NCBI RefSeq assembly: GCF_006345805.1
Contig: NC_042998.1
Location: forward strand, 66,030,001-66,094,000
Reading direction: 5' to 3'
Source of the DNA: Octopus sinensis
Lineage: Eukaryota
DNA: 64,000 nucleotides
Under the pieces are notes generated by a model. The model was given only the letters and a program-made list of their open reading frames with translations, was not told the DNA's origin and searched no databases. The stretch's first letter is position 1, and each line of letters opens with the position of its first letter. Position numbers and translations under genes: made by a program. Shown here piece by piece: positions 28,338 through 42,064 of this stretch.

Positions 28338-28810
28338 TATTGATAATGGACGGTGTCTTCATCATGTTTGTTTTTATCACGATGTTTCGGCTGCGGTACT
28401 CTGCAGACCTCATGAAGTGTCCTGGTGGAATTTCGAACCCAAGTCTTTATCTGACTAATGGGGTACATTGGTCTCATCCCTAAGATATGTTGCTGATGTT
28501 GTCTTTCTGTTGATATTATTTTTCAAGTCCTTGCGTGGGATTGAACTTAGAATCCGAGGGTTAGTAGCGCACGAGCATATAGCATACGCTACTAACGCTC
28601 AGGATTCTAAGTTCAATCCCACACAAAATAATATCAATTGAAAAATAACATCAGCAACATATCTTAGGGATGAGAACAGTATACTCTGTTAGTCAAATAA
28701 AGGGTAGGGTTTGAAATTCCACAAGAACACCTGATGAAGCCTGGAGAGTACAACAGTCAAAACGTTGTGTAACAACAAACAAGATGAGGACACCTATCTG
28801 TCAATTATAA
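28338..28810. mobile_element. Head-to-head inverted pair of tRNA-head/hammerhead-like elements
   Basis: Arms 28338-28569 (minus) and 28586-28810 (plus) are diverged reverse complements; B-box-like AGTTCAATCCC; CTGATGA at 28731-28737. Confidence 0.85.
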
Positions 28811-31800
28811 ATACTATACATAATTCCTCATCTCAAAAAGATGGAATAGAATCTCTTTTGACTGTTGCATATCCGACTTTTAATGTAATATTTGTTGTAA
28901 GGATAGATCATTCGTGTGAACGGGACGCCAGTCGGCCGCACTGCTATCATCTCCTCTCCGAAGGAACCTATTTATGGCACACTGTAAGGGAGCATAATGG
29001 AATGAAATATATTTCTCATGGAAAGAATGCGCGACCACTTCGCTTCAGAGCACTGAACACGTGAGTTAACGTCCGTGAAAGTAAAACGCGAATTGCTCGA
29101 CCACTTACCCACACATCAAATAAATAACATTTAATTAAATTCCGAAAGACATGAATTCTGTTTTATTCAAGAGCAGGACTGATATTGATTTTTTAATAAG
29201 TCTGTTATTTTCTTTATTGGACAAATACTTCCAATACATATTGGAAGGAAACATTCCTACTAAAATACATGCTGATAGATCAATGCAACATTGCCATTGG
29301 AAGAATTAATGACACTTATTGTTAAACATCACTTTTTGGGAATAGTGTACTTCTTTAGTATCCAGAGGCATAAACAGATAATACTTTGTTAGAGAATAAT
29401 ATCTACTTCTTGGCAATCGCATTGAATAACTCTGCTACGCTAGCTTTAAAGTTTAGTGGCCTACTAGTATTACACATAGTCGTAATTATAATTTTAGTAA
29501 TGGTGTTCTTTATAATCTTAATTGTCATGCCAACCAAACAGTACAGCGTTCACACATAGGAACATTGTATTCATATAGTATGTGTGTGTATCAATAGTTA
29601 TATGCACGCATGCATATATATATATATATTTTATATATATATATATATATGTATGTATATGTGTATACGTATATACTATTTTTTACTCTTCCTTAATTTT
29701 CTTGGTCGGTATCTTTCTGAAAGATAAATTTCGATGACAGGCTCCCTCTGACATCCCATTTCTTAGCAATAAGCGTTAAATGTACTGATAGCAATAGAAC
29801 GCAATCATAAATTTTAAAGCAATTGTTCAATATAGTATCGATAAGGAGCATCAATCCATATCTGATACACATACCAACGAAATGTTTGAAAAACGCATAC
29901 ACGTAGCTCACGAAAATCACGTATTGAACACTCTTATTGATATTAAACTGTCTAATCTATCATTATGCTATCGGAAATCCATGCTCTAATTCAACCTTCG
30001 TCTTCCACTTCAATCCTTTATGATAATTCCGTGTCAGCTTTCACTTTCGGCGTAAAATATATTGCCAACTGAGACTAACGCAAGGACGAAGAGTGAAACG
30101 TAGAGAAGGTTCTAAATTTATTTACGTCTTAGTTTTGTACAAATACTTGAGAGTAAAAATTCAGAGCATTGATTGCTTAGTACTACCGTTAGACTTGTTC
30201 AGGCAACCGTATTAGCCTTAACTTACAACACTAAATATTGTCACTTGATACTAACATACGGACGTAGCGGGGAATCTTCAAGAATTTCTAAGAACAGTCA
30301 TGTTACTGTCCTCTACCAATTAAATCCTATTGAAAACATATACTAATTTGAACCATGAACTCTCTATCAAAATAGGGCAAGCATGAAACACTAGTCAGAT
30401 GCAAAACAGCTACAACATAAGCCAGGTCTTTCTATTTCAAACTTTTCAAAATCAGTTTAAATTGTGAAACCGATTAAATCTATAAATACAACGAAAAATA
30501 TTTCAACTACTCACAGTGCATTTTCAGCTTCTATTTTTTCTATCTTAATATAAATTTGGGTGACGTTTCTCTGTCCGTTACGTTTTTATATCCATTAACT
30601 TCTCCTAGACCGTTCGTGCAAGGACAGGGAAACCCCCGTAAAATCAGGGAATATCTATCTTCTAATGGACACCTAATTAGGACCCCACTGACCTCACCCC
30701 TATCTTTACTGTATGTTAAGCTAAAAACATGACATTGGCAATGTTTTCGGAGCAATGACGAAGTATTTCATACAATGAACTACCAGGGAACATCCTCAGG
30801 AGATTCTTTTTCTGAAAGGCCCTTTACATGGGGCCCTACTGTCTCCCTCATTTTTATTGCATTTACCTCGCTCCCACATTTATTGATTAAACTATGATCA
30901 GCATCATTGCTTAGCACATTTGCAGAAATGAGCTTCATCACACAAGGATAGAAGGTCTTCAAAGCTAGTATATATATATATATATAAGACACGTACCTCC
31001 GTCGTGAAAAGACATACTTTTCATAGTTGTGGCCAGTCAATAGACAAAGAAAGATATTTCAACTCAAACAAGCAGTAACCTTCCTTGGTTTTAGTCTCAG
31101 AAACATTGCATTCTACTCTCATTTTTATAATCGGAGGATAAATTTACTCAAGTTTATATACCCCTGGAGAAACAAATATAAACCAACAGTACCTGCAAAG
31201 CACTCGAATAATCTCAAGATTAGATCTAAAACTAGACTCATGAGTACAATTAATTTCTCTTGATTTGTATTAAACACGCCGCTCTTTCTCATTTGTATTA
31301 AATACAGGGACTCTCTCACACAAACGTGGATATAGCCACACATTTCCGAATATATCAACATAAAATTTCCGAACGGTACATTCATGATGATACATCAAAT
31401 CAGTAATAACTATAGTACAGTGTATAATACTGTTGTAGCCACTAAATATGACCAATAATATTCTAAAACACCACTGGGTAGAAACCCAAATTAGTGCACT
31501 GATAAACTCTAGGTACGATCATCATAGCGATAGGGTAAATATGTCTACAGTAAAATTGCCGAAAATGTAGCATCGCAGTCCTTTTACAGATCTATAAAAC
31601 AGATCGGAAATAAATAAAGGAAATCACAAGATTGTTTCATATCATACACACGCACATGGTAATTCTGGAAGCTATAATTTGGCAATGGATGTAGTGCACC
31701 AACTGACCCAATACCAAAATATCAGGGATCATCTCAACAACCCGTTAGCCAGCAGCAAACAACATCCTTCTCCCACTAATATCGCTTTCTGATCTAACTC

Positions 31801-31940
31801 TACGTAACATTACCCCGCCAAACCAGGATTCACTAGCGCAACAACAGCCTGCTACTGCTACTACAATATGACTACTGACCAATGAGTCTGCCAAAATAGA
31901 AAAACCTATACTTTGTCCACGTCAACAATCCTGTCATTAC

Positions 31941-32114
31941 CATTCCCAAAGTAACTGTAGATTTGGCCCCAGCGGAACCAAGAACAAAGGACGCTGTCTT
32001 TTTTTCCATCCAAATTTATGCCGTAGAGTTGTTAAGGGCACCTGTCCATATGGTATAACAGGAAAAAAACTGCCCTCACGTTCACCCCCAAATACTTGTT
32101 GTAAATTTGACTGA
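31941..32114 (+). pseudogene. CCCH zinc-finger remnant, probably CR1/L2-group LINE ORF1
   Basis: Manual translation HSQSNCRFGPSGTKNKGRCLFFHPNLCRRVVKGTCPYGITGK resembles the tandem C-x-G-x-G-x-C-x-x-x-HP-x-C repeats of LINE ORF1 proteins; Q/P-rich sequence upstream. Confidence 0.5.
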
Positions 32115-32643
32115 GAACTTATTTTCAGTAGCATTGTAGGCTCGCTGTTAGAGTCATTTCTGGTTATATAAAAAAAAACAGGATACTGATGGAATGGTAC
32201 AGACATGGGGATGTGAGCGAGAAGAGCAAATAAAAGTTAGTATATGCTTAGTTGAAGAGAGATAATGAGGCAAGGGTAAGAAAATTGATTATTTAGAAGA
32301 GAAAGACTGACTGGAAGAGAAGGGAAAGAGGAAAGAGGCGAAGGAAAATAAAGAATACAATTTAATAGTAATACAGGAAGTTGAAGACAAAAATTGTGGA
32401 TCACTAATGATTTTTAGACAGTTTCTTCCTCAATTCGGGCAAATTGTGTGTCCCTTTATCTGTCGAATACTTCCAATCCCTTATTTGGTTTATCTATTCC
32501 TTTCATCTGATCTCTCTTCCTCTTTTCTGTTTAGTATTTCTCTTATGTAATCACCATTATCTATACCTTATATATATTATACACCGCTTTATTTGCGGGT
32601 ATTGATATCACTAGCGATCTCATAATAAAGCAGTGTAAGATAT

Positions 32644-32704
<61 letters not shown>

Positions 32705-33141
32705 GTATCTATGTATGTATGTATGTATGTATGTATGTATGTATGTATGTATGAAAGAAGGTTTCAAAATGCAAAGTACTTTTAGAGATCTTTATTGATT
32801 TGACCGTTTTTACTTTTTTAAAGATTCCCAAAAGTAAAATGTAAAGTTTTGTATAAGCTTAGTTGTGTTAAGTATTGGTTATCAAAAAAGTATTAAAATG
32901 CAGTTATGCATTCTTTGATATTAAGAAAATATTAAAAACAGTTTACAAGAAAGTATTCAAGAAAATATTCAAGAGCGGGATTACAATAAATATTTTGAAT
33001 TCAATAAAAACCATGTTTGTTTGGTAGTATATATATACACAGAAGGAGATATATTTAAGAACTTACAAAAAAATTGGAAAGGAATAACAGACTAGTCTGT
33101 CTGACATTTTGTGTTGTATATATACACACACACACACATAC

Positions 33142-33210
<69 letters not shown>

Positions 33211-33716
33211 TCGTAAATATACAAGGATTTTTATAAACTACTCTATAAATTAAAACTGACCCCATAAAAACAAAATAAAATCAGTGACAGGCAGAGTCTG
33301 TAACAAGGTAAATCTCCTTGACACCTTAGTAGCTTCTATGCTGGAGTGAATACAGCATGTTCTTTCTCTATCTCCTTAACGTCTTGGAGTTTGTAGGTAT
33401 AGTATACTAATGTGTCCATCTGTTTTAATTTAATTAAATTCTATGTCTTTGTGCAGCTGAAGATTGCTCTGCATTTAAATTGATGTAATGATTGCATTGT
33501 TAAATTATATAGAATTTTATGAAGCGATCGTAATGCATTACGTCTGTATATCCTCGTTGCTTTTTTTGATTTTAATCAGCTTACTTATATGGATAAATTA
33601 TATGGATAACATCTGGGGCCTCAAGTTAAGTACCATATTCACCATGCTCATCTGAATCATATATACACACACACACATATAAATATATATATATATTATA
33701 TATATATGTATGTATG

Positions 33717-33763
<47 letters not shown>

Positions 33764-34291
33764 GAGAGAGAGAGAGATGCATGTATGTATGTATGTATGT
33801 ATGTATATATGTATGTTTGTATGTATGTATGTTTGTATGTATGTATGCGTGTATGTATGTATGGGTGTATGCATGTATGTATTAATTTTGATTAAAGTAC
33901 ACCATCTACCATACACTTTCTGGAGAATGACTATGATTCTATAAAAGGGTGTGGGCATCTCATACTTTTAATAATAAGGCTGAAAGCGATAAGATATAAG
34001 GTAGATTATAAAACTAGACATAGCGCTTTCGTCCTCAGTACATCACAATTGTGATTTCTCTTTGTCAGACTTTTATATTCGGTGCGATATATTTCTTCAT
34101 TGGAACGCTTACTAGTAAATGAGATTTCACATGCACGTACAGAAATACACATGCAGCAAACACAAATAAAATGTTATAGTATGAAACAATTGTACTAAAT
34201 TACCGGATCCATTCTTCTTGCTTATTTTTGTTGCTTATATATATATATATATTATATATATATATATAATATATATATATATATAATATAT

Positions 34292-34333
<42 letters not shown>

Positions 34334-34389
34334 ATATACATGCATATATGGGTAGAGGACTTAGAAAAACGTGGAACACAATGGAAAAC

Positions 34390-34598
34390 AAAAACATAAA
34401 AAATAATACATAGAAACGAACATTTTTTCAAACAACGAAAAAAACAGTGCAATACATACAACACAAGGAATATTCCCCTTTTTCATTTGTCCCTGTTTCA
34501 TCTACTTCGCGTGCTGAAGGTAAGGACAAGACGCAACTTCGTTGATACAGGCCTTCCCGCAAAGCAAATTAAATTAAATTTGGGATTTTTTGCGGGGG
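34390..34598 (-). repeat. Family F copy
   Basis: Reverse complement of 15675-15870. Confidence 0.85.
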
Positions 34599-34936
34599 GT
34601 AAAAGTGGTAACAAGAACATTACAGTAAGAACAAAACAGTAAAAACAACAATAAAAAAGTCAAAACAGTAAAAGGCAGAACAATGAGAACAAAACATTAA
34701 AAAAATCTATGAGGGCTATAAATCCAAGACGATAGGGAAATTATTGTGAACGCTTAAGGAGACAGCTTATGAAAGAGACAGGGTAAGCTGGTCTGATCTT
34801 GGTGAAGATAGCAGTTGGAAAGATGGATTCCCTCTGATCACGTGTCAGTGACGAGAAAGTCGAGAAGGAGGAGGAAGAGAGAGGGAACTGTGAAGGGGAT
34901 ATATATATACATATATATAAAATACATAGATATAAG

Positions 34937-34967
<31 letters not shown>

Positions 34968-36884
34968 TACAACTCACCACGTGGGGATAATCGAAATTCC
35001 TCCTTTCTGTTGATACTATATATATATATATATATATATATATTAGTCGATTGATTGATCAGTCGATCGATCGATAATCTGCTCTGCTTCTGCTCTTTTT
35101 TCTGACAATCCGATAAAACACTTTTTCGATGCACCACATAATTCCAAGGGGATGAACTGCACCGGTAGAAGTGCTCAAATTGGAGGGATTTATGAGAGTG
35201 AAAATTGTTCATAATTTTATTTAAAAAAGGTCGAGTAACTCATTTTGCTGTGATCAGACATTTGCATTTCTCTATTACTGATGATACTGTGTGATGGGAA
35301 ATATGACAGCATTCAAAGCACATATGTGACGTAATTCGTAAATGAAATACAGGAGGGCTAGTTTATAGTGTCTACGAAATTGTAACAAATATAAAATATC
35401 TAGAAAATATTAGAAAGAAGTGTTACCAAATGAAAATAACGAATAAACACAGAACACCTTGAAAGAAATTTGGATAATTTAAGAATTAAGGAAGCTATAC
35501 TCATAAACAGACTAGGACCCCTAATTAACAACAGGCTGGAGGCTGGTAATCAATATATTTAGCTACATCTGGATGCCTTTAGGTTCATTTTTGATATGCT
35601 TATCTATTGTTCATAACAAAAAAAAATCAAAGAGAAGGGAAAAAGAAGGGGGACATGGAAGCTGCACGTATAATACATAAGATAGAAGCAGCGTTACAGA
35701 TGTAGCAACACACACGAGATTGAGACATAGCTGACCTCACACACATCTCAAGAGGAATTCCGCAAGGAGCTTCGTGAGACCACTGCTGAGACGCTTCCAA
35801 AAAAAGAAAAGCCGTTGGAAAACCGATTATACCAACAACTCCATCTAAGAATATCTGAAGAAGGATTTTTATTCCGAAATATCATCAGACTATGGATGAC
35901 TAAATTACAACAGGTATGTAGTTCTTTGTTTGTATTATAGTGCATTGTTGTACGATTCAAAACTTTTTATGCTTTACAAACAATATACAATCCTTCAAGC
36001 GAACTACAATGCGCTCCTTATTATTAATATTGGGCATTCATTGATGAGACACATAATATCAATATCTTAATATTGACTGTTAATAAATTACAGGACACTT
36101 ATCAATGTTAAATTCCTTAACTTATATCTCAATGATGTACAACATAATATTTTGGCAATAAATTCATATAATTTTAATAATTTGAGAAAACTAAACAAAG
36201 ATGTAAATTTTCTAATTTCAAATAACGTTCAGAGAGAGTACGACTAATATAATTGTTAAAATATATATTGGTAAAAATCATAACGACTTTAAGTTAAACA
36301 TTTAATGAGGAAATAATGTATGCTCAGTGCAAATAATACAAATTTGTGGATAAAAAAATTAAGAGCTAATCAGTAAACACTTAGTAAGTTTTATAATTTC
36401 TTCATCGTAATTGCGGAGAAAATGTAAAGTTGATCAAATTGAATTACGTAATTTAAAGTGACGACTAAAATGACTGCAAATAAGGAGAAGAAAGGAAAAA
36501 AAATAATTAAATGCTTATGAAATTTCATGACGTATATTTGCCTTCAATAGTTAGGTTTGATGCAGAAAGTAACAAGTTCAATTATTACAGACAATAATTA
36601 CTGATGTGCCGTATATAATTGAAATACTTAGTAGAGACGAACAAAAATTATAACTATTGTTGGCCTCCATACAATACTGAATATTTAGGTGAAATAAACA
36701 TCAATGAGTATCCGCCCCACGCAGAAACTGCGGGAAATACTCAGAGGTTTTTAAAGGACTTCTAAATCATTCGCAATGCTAGAAATACTACCGAATCGAC
36801 AGCATGTGTCTGAATGTTACAGATATTTCGTGCCTTAGCCTGCCTGCACGTTTCACTAGAGTAGGGTAGTGATGATGAAGCAAG

Positions 36885-37365
36885 GGAAAGTTTTCACTCA
36901 CTGTCTCTTGTTAATTTTAGCTATCTTGAGCTGGTTTCAGTCGCCGTGGCTATTTCCATGATGGCTTTCTTCAGTTGTCTGGGTTCCTGATGACTCTTTT
37001 GCAGGAAATAGAGCACTGAAAAGGTTGGCAAGCCGCGGCAGCTGACTTCAATGGGACAACGTCCTCATAGTCTTAGTGCTGGTATTTCAATTTCTTTACC
37101 TGGTAATGAGGAGAATAGACGAAAAAATAATTAGATGCTTATGAAATTTCATGATGTATATTTGCCTTCGATAGTTAGGTTTGATGCTGAAAGGTTTGAT
37201 GTCATCCTAGATCCGTGTGAGTTCGAGCACAAGGATTGTTGGTTTATTGCTGGAGAGTAAGAACATATCTGGGGAGAATGATATTACAATATTCTGTTCT
37301 GGGAATACAAGTCTAAGTCTGGCCTTCATGTTCACCTTCATCTCCCAATCCGAGACTGAATACAA
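36885..37365 (-). mobile_element. Hero/NeSL-type RLE non-LTR retrotransposon 3' remnant
   Basis: Minus translation DWEMKV..LVFPE..FSPDMFLLSS..ILVLELT / KKLKYQ..CPIEVSCRGLP..KKAIMEIATATETSSR*L resembles the Hero RLE motifs RPD-ELTVPWE-K-KY-PIEVGCRG; interrupted at 37103-37196. Confidence 0.7.
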
Positions 37366-38891
37366 AATGGAACATATGCCCCCTAGCTTTCCTTACGAGC
37401 TTAGAGCATATGTGCATTTTCTATTTATAAGACAGTGTAAGAATACTACTAATAAATTTTAGCTTTTGCTGCTTGTTCTGTAAATAGTGTCCTGGTGTAG
37501 CTAACACTATGGAACTAAGTATAATTTCATAATTATTTATGTTTTATATTGTGTGATAATGTGTTTTCAGAAAATATTGAATCGCAGTTAAAATTTCATT
37601 CAGGAGCATAGAGGAAAATATTTAATGGAAAGCAACGAGAGAAAATAAACAGTAAATAAAATAAAATTTTTTTCAAAAATATACATTATCGTAGGTAATA
37701 CAGAAGTATAAATTATATTAATCAGTAGAGGAATTCTTGAAAGCGTATGTTTTATGTTATTTATATGTTATAACTGTAGCGATATTACTATTGGTTTTCA
37801 TATAATCAAATAACTAATTTTCTCCCATTACAAAAAAATGTGAAAGTATATTATAAAATTTGCAAAAATTTGTAAATTCAAAACCCATATGAATGATATG
37901 ATTAATGGAAGTGTGATCACTTTTTGTTTTCTTTTTTCAAAACTTACACACATACACAAATACGTAGATACACGTGCAGACAACGCATAAACACCCTCAT
38001 ACATATGTGTGTGTCTGTGTGGAGAGAAAGAGAGAGAGAGAGAGAGAGATAAACAGATAAAACTCATATATATTTATATATATATATATATATATATTAC
38101 ATATGTAACATGGGACAATTATATCATTACGTATTAACTAGTTTATAACTAACATAATAATTTTAATAACACTAATTTCCTAATATAATCATACAAATGA
38201 AGAAAGACTAATTTAAAATTTCTAGCTAGGCACGGTTATGTACAAGACTTTAAACTGATATAAAGCATCAACACAAAAAATAAAAAAATAAAGGCTGTTC
38301 AGAAAACAACTGTACAAATCCAGTTTAGAGTGGAAGTTTACTTACATTTATATATATTTGATCTAATATTCATGATATAATCTTTTAAGATATTACGGAG
38401 ATGTAGTTGTCTATACTTAAGCGATTATAATACGGAATACCCAAGTTAGCCAGTCAGAAATGTACAAATGCCGTTAATGTCACTTTAATGTTTATTTATT
38501 TTTTGCTGTAACCAATTTTTTTTTGGCAGTAAAGAAATTTCGAGTAATGAAAATTTTCACACAATATTACAAGTAAAAGTTTAAGAGAAGTTAACAGTCC
38601 TTGTATATATGTGAATAGTTGTATCTTCTATCGCTATTGCAATGATTGTATCTGATAATCATCACGCGCTGAAATATCCTTGCTTGTTGGGATACATCAT
38701 ACATCTCACTGATATAAATCTGCCATATTTCTGTTGGTGCAGTACAAAGCGAAAGTAAACCACCAAACATTATATTGAAATTAGACTAACATCGTTAAAC
38801 AACGTTGATTATAAGCGCGTAATAACTTTATAACAATCTGAATACATATACTATACGAAATTATGCAGAGGTAAGTGTTTGTTTGTGTATG

Positions 38892-38945
<54 letters not shown>

Positions 38946-39282
38946 GTGTGTGTGTGTATGTGTGTGTGCGTGTGTGTGCATGTAGAGACAGATAAATTCA
39001 CCGATCCCAAGGTCAAACCTTCACATAATCGATGCCTACTCATATTACGAATGATTCATTCCCATTCTTATTTTGTTTCCATTTCTTCAAATTACAGCAA
39101 CAAGCGGATATCTTTGGACACTTTCAAGCTCATCACATTATAGCATTTCAAACAATTTCACTGCCATTTCTCTTTCACATGGAGCTCTATATTTCTCCGT
39201 CCTTCCACATTCCCTTTACCATAACTACTAATATCTACATTATTTAAATTATTTACATTTGACGGAAATTTGTCCTCATCAT

Positions 39283-40072
39283 AAATAGAAATATCATAAT
39301 TTCTAAGTCTCTCTAAAGGTGACTACGGCAGCGGTACTCGATATTAATAGTTATCGCCAAGCTAATATGGCAATCCATAAACATAGGACGAAAGCTGCCT
39401 TTGATTAGCTCCAAGAGGCCATCGCCTCTAGCTAGCTATATGACACACGAACCTGTGTCCATTATAACCTTCGAACAGGGGAGGTCAGCCGCTTCCCCTT
39501 GCTGGTCAGGTATCTGCTGACATGTTTCAGGGCATTTGCCATTTATCATTGCAGAGTAGCCGAACCCAGCAGCCGACGCTACTGACCGTCTATTCGAAGG
39601 ATTACTTACCTACTTTCAGTGGAATACATTTACTGGTTTTCAAAAATACAAATATTATGAATGTTATTAATATCCAGGAATACTATTAGTATCCAGTACC
39701 GATGCCGTATTAATATCCAGAAATACTATTAATATCCACTACCACTGCCCTAGTCTCCTTTAGAGAGTCTTAGAAATAATAATATTTCTATTTTTGAAAA
39801 CCAGTGGATGTATTCCCCTGAATTCAGGTAAATAATCTTTCGAAAAGACGGTGAATAGCGACGCCTGCTGGGTTCGGCTACTCTGCATTGATAAGAGGCA
39901 AACACCCTGAAACATGTCTGAAGTTGCCTGACCAGCAAGGGTAAGCAGTTGACCTCTCCTGTTCGAAGTTTATAATGGACACAGGTTCGTGTGTTATATA
40001 GCTAGCTAGAGGATATGGCAGCTTTCGTCCTGTATTTATAGATTGCCATATTAGCTTGGCTATAATTATTAA
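39283..40072. mobile_element. Inverted pair of Penelope pLTR-like units with hammerhead-like motif, flanked by a 12-bp duplication
   Basis: Arms 39345-39660 and 39781-40072 are reverse complements; TGTCCTCATCAT at 39271-39282 and 40073-40084. Confidence 0.85.
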
Positions 40073-40204
40073 TGTCCTCATCATGTTTGTTGCTAGCACA
40101 ACGTTTCGGCGGATATACACTCCAGCCTCCATCAGGTGTCTTGGGGAAACTTCAAATCTGAGTTCTCATTCCTAAGGTATTTTTCGATGTTGTTGTTGTT
40201 GTTG

Positions 40205-40274
<70 letters not shown>

Positions 40275-40372
40275 TATTATTCAGGTATCAGCTTGGAATC
40301 GAATTCGGAATCTTGGGATTAGTAGTCTGCACTCCTAACCACTATGCCATAGCCCACGGCATATAGAAGTTA

Positions 40373-40437
<65 letters not shown>

Positions 40438-40625
40438 TTAATAATAATAATATTAATAATAATAATAACAACAACAACAACGACAACAACATCGAAAAAT
40501 ACCTTAGGAATGAGAACTCAGATTTGAAGTTTCCCCAATACACCTGATGAAGGCTGGAGGGTGTATCAGCCGAAGCGTGTTCACAACAAACAAGATGAGG
40601 ACAAATATCCGTCAAATGTAAATGC
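40073..40625. mobile_element. Head-to-head inverted pair of tRNA-head/(TAA)n/hammerhead-like elements
   Basis: Minus unit 40361-40073 has A box TGGCATAGTGG (40339-40349) and B-box-like GAATTCGATTCC (40295-40306). Plus unit 40362-40625 has CTGATGA at 40544-40550. Confidence 0.88.
40096..40140 (-). ncRNA. Degenerate minimal type I hammerhead ribozyme motif
   Basis: Minus strand GACAC-CUGAUG(G)-AGGCUGG...CCGCC-GAAACGUU-GUGC; A9 is changed to G in this copy and is intact in the plus copies. Confidence 0.55.
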
Positions 40626-42064
40626 TGTTAATTGTTCCGTGTAAATCGATGGTTTTCGTATTCCTCATAATTTAGAGGAGCTTAATGATTTCTCATGAAG
40701 GGAATCCTACGCTGGGTTTATAGTATGATGATTTAAAACATTGAGGATTTGAAAAATCATCCATAACATACTGGTTTGTAGTATGGATGATTTGCAAGAT
40801 AGAGAATGAGTACAATTCATGGCAAATTACTCGACAATATTATGTCATTTTATTCCGTAATACACTTCCTTAAAACTTATGCTTTCAGATACTGAATTCA
40901 CATTTTAAAAATGTATCACTAAATTTTTCACTCGTTTCAAAACATTATTCTTCAAATTCTCTTTTATTCTATTTTGTAAAAAAATATATATAAGAACAAA
41001 AATATATATTCCACTGATTTAACAATAATCTAAATCACAAAACAATTTACAAGCAATATTTTAAATCTGTTTTATATGTTTATCATAACCCGTTTTTATA
41101 TTCACAAATAAAATAAGAGAGAAAATTTTCAGGTAGGACACGCATTTAAATACTGCACCTATTTCAATATATATTTACTGCTGATTCATCAAAATAACCA
41201 CATTTGGAATTTTTTCACTTGTTTTCTTTGTTTCAGCGATACAAAATGGAAAGTAATAATGGAATAAAGAAATATACTTTTAAAACATATAAATTATAAA
41301 AGTAAGAAAATATAATCAAAGGAGAAAAAATAAGATAGAAGTAATATATTATTTTATGTTTTCAATTCGATGAATAAATTCTTCAAAATTACAGAGATAT
41401 TCATCAAAAGTTTATATATGTGTATATATTTGTGGATAGAGTAAGTTCGAGGCAAAAATACGAGCTGCGTTATATAAATTAAATTATCAGCAGTTGCCGT
41501 AATGTATTTCCGATTACATCAATGTAAATAACATATATCTCCATTTTCTTCACAACAGACATCAAAATACAATTGAATCCACGTCAAAATGTTGATGGAG
41601 AAAATATATGAATTTTTATTTTTATAGTTTGGGAGAAGAATGCCAATATATAAAAATATAATCAACATTATCAAAAATATCGTATATATCTCATTTGTGA
41701 ATCAATGTTCTCAGTATAGTAGATTGAAGACATTAGAAAATCTTTGAATGAAGCACTAGTGTGCTCATACATATGCATATAAAGGGGTGTCTATGTGTAT
41801 CTGCAAATTTGTGACCGTGTATGTGTATATTTACATACATATATTTTCCAGGAAACAAATTCTGATGGAGAAACATATATTTAAACAAATATAAAATATA
41901 GATATGTATATTTAAGCAAATATAAAATAAAGATTTATACATAATTAAACAAATACATATTTATATATACAACAAATACAGATATACATATATATATAAA
42001 CGTACATATACATCCACATATATACATATCCGTATAACTTAGAATAACTTAGAAAGGTTTTGGC

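Noticed and set aside
28880-29110. Possible small minus-strand intron (GTAAGT...CCCTTACAG) and downstream open frame
   Set aside because: The upstream segment is AT-rich and non-coding-like, and the downstream frame stops after 33 codons.
35731-35913. Apparent 183-nt exon with a good donor (CAG/GTATGT)
   Set aside because: The acceptor is weak, and another frame reads ISRGIPQGA..PLL, suggesting a decayed LINE RT fragment rather than a host exon.
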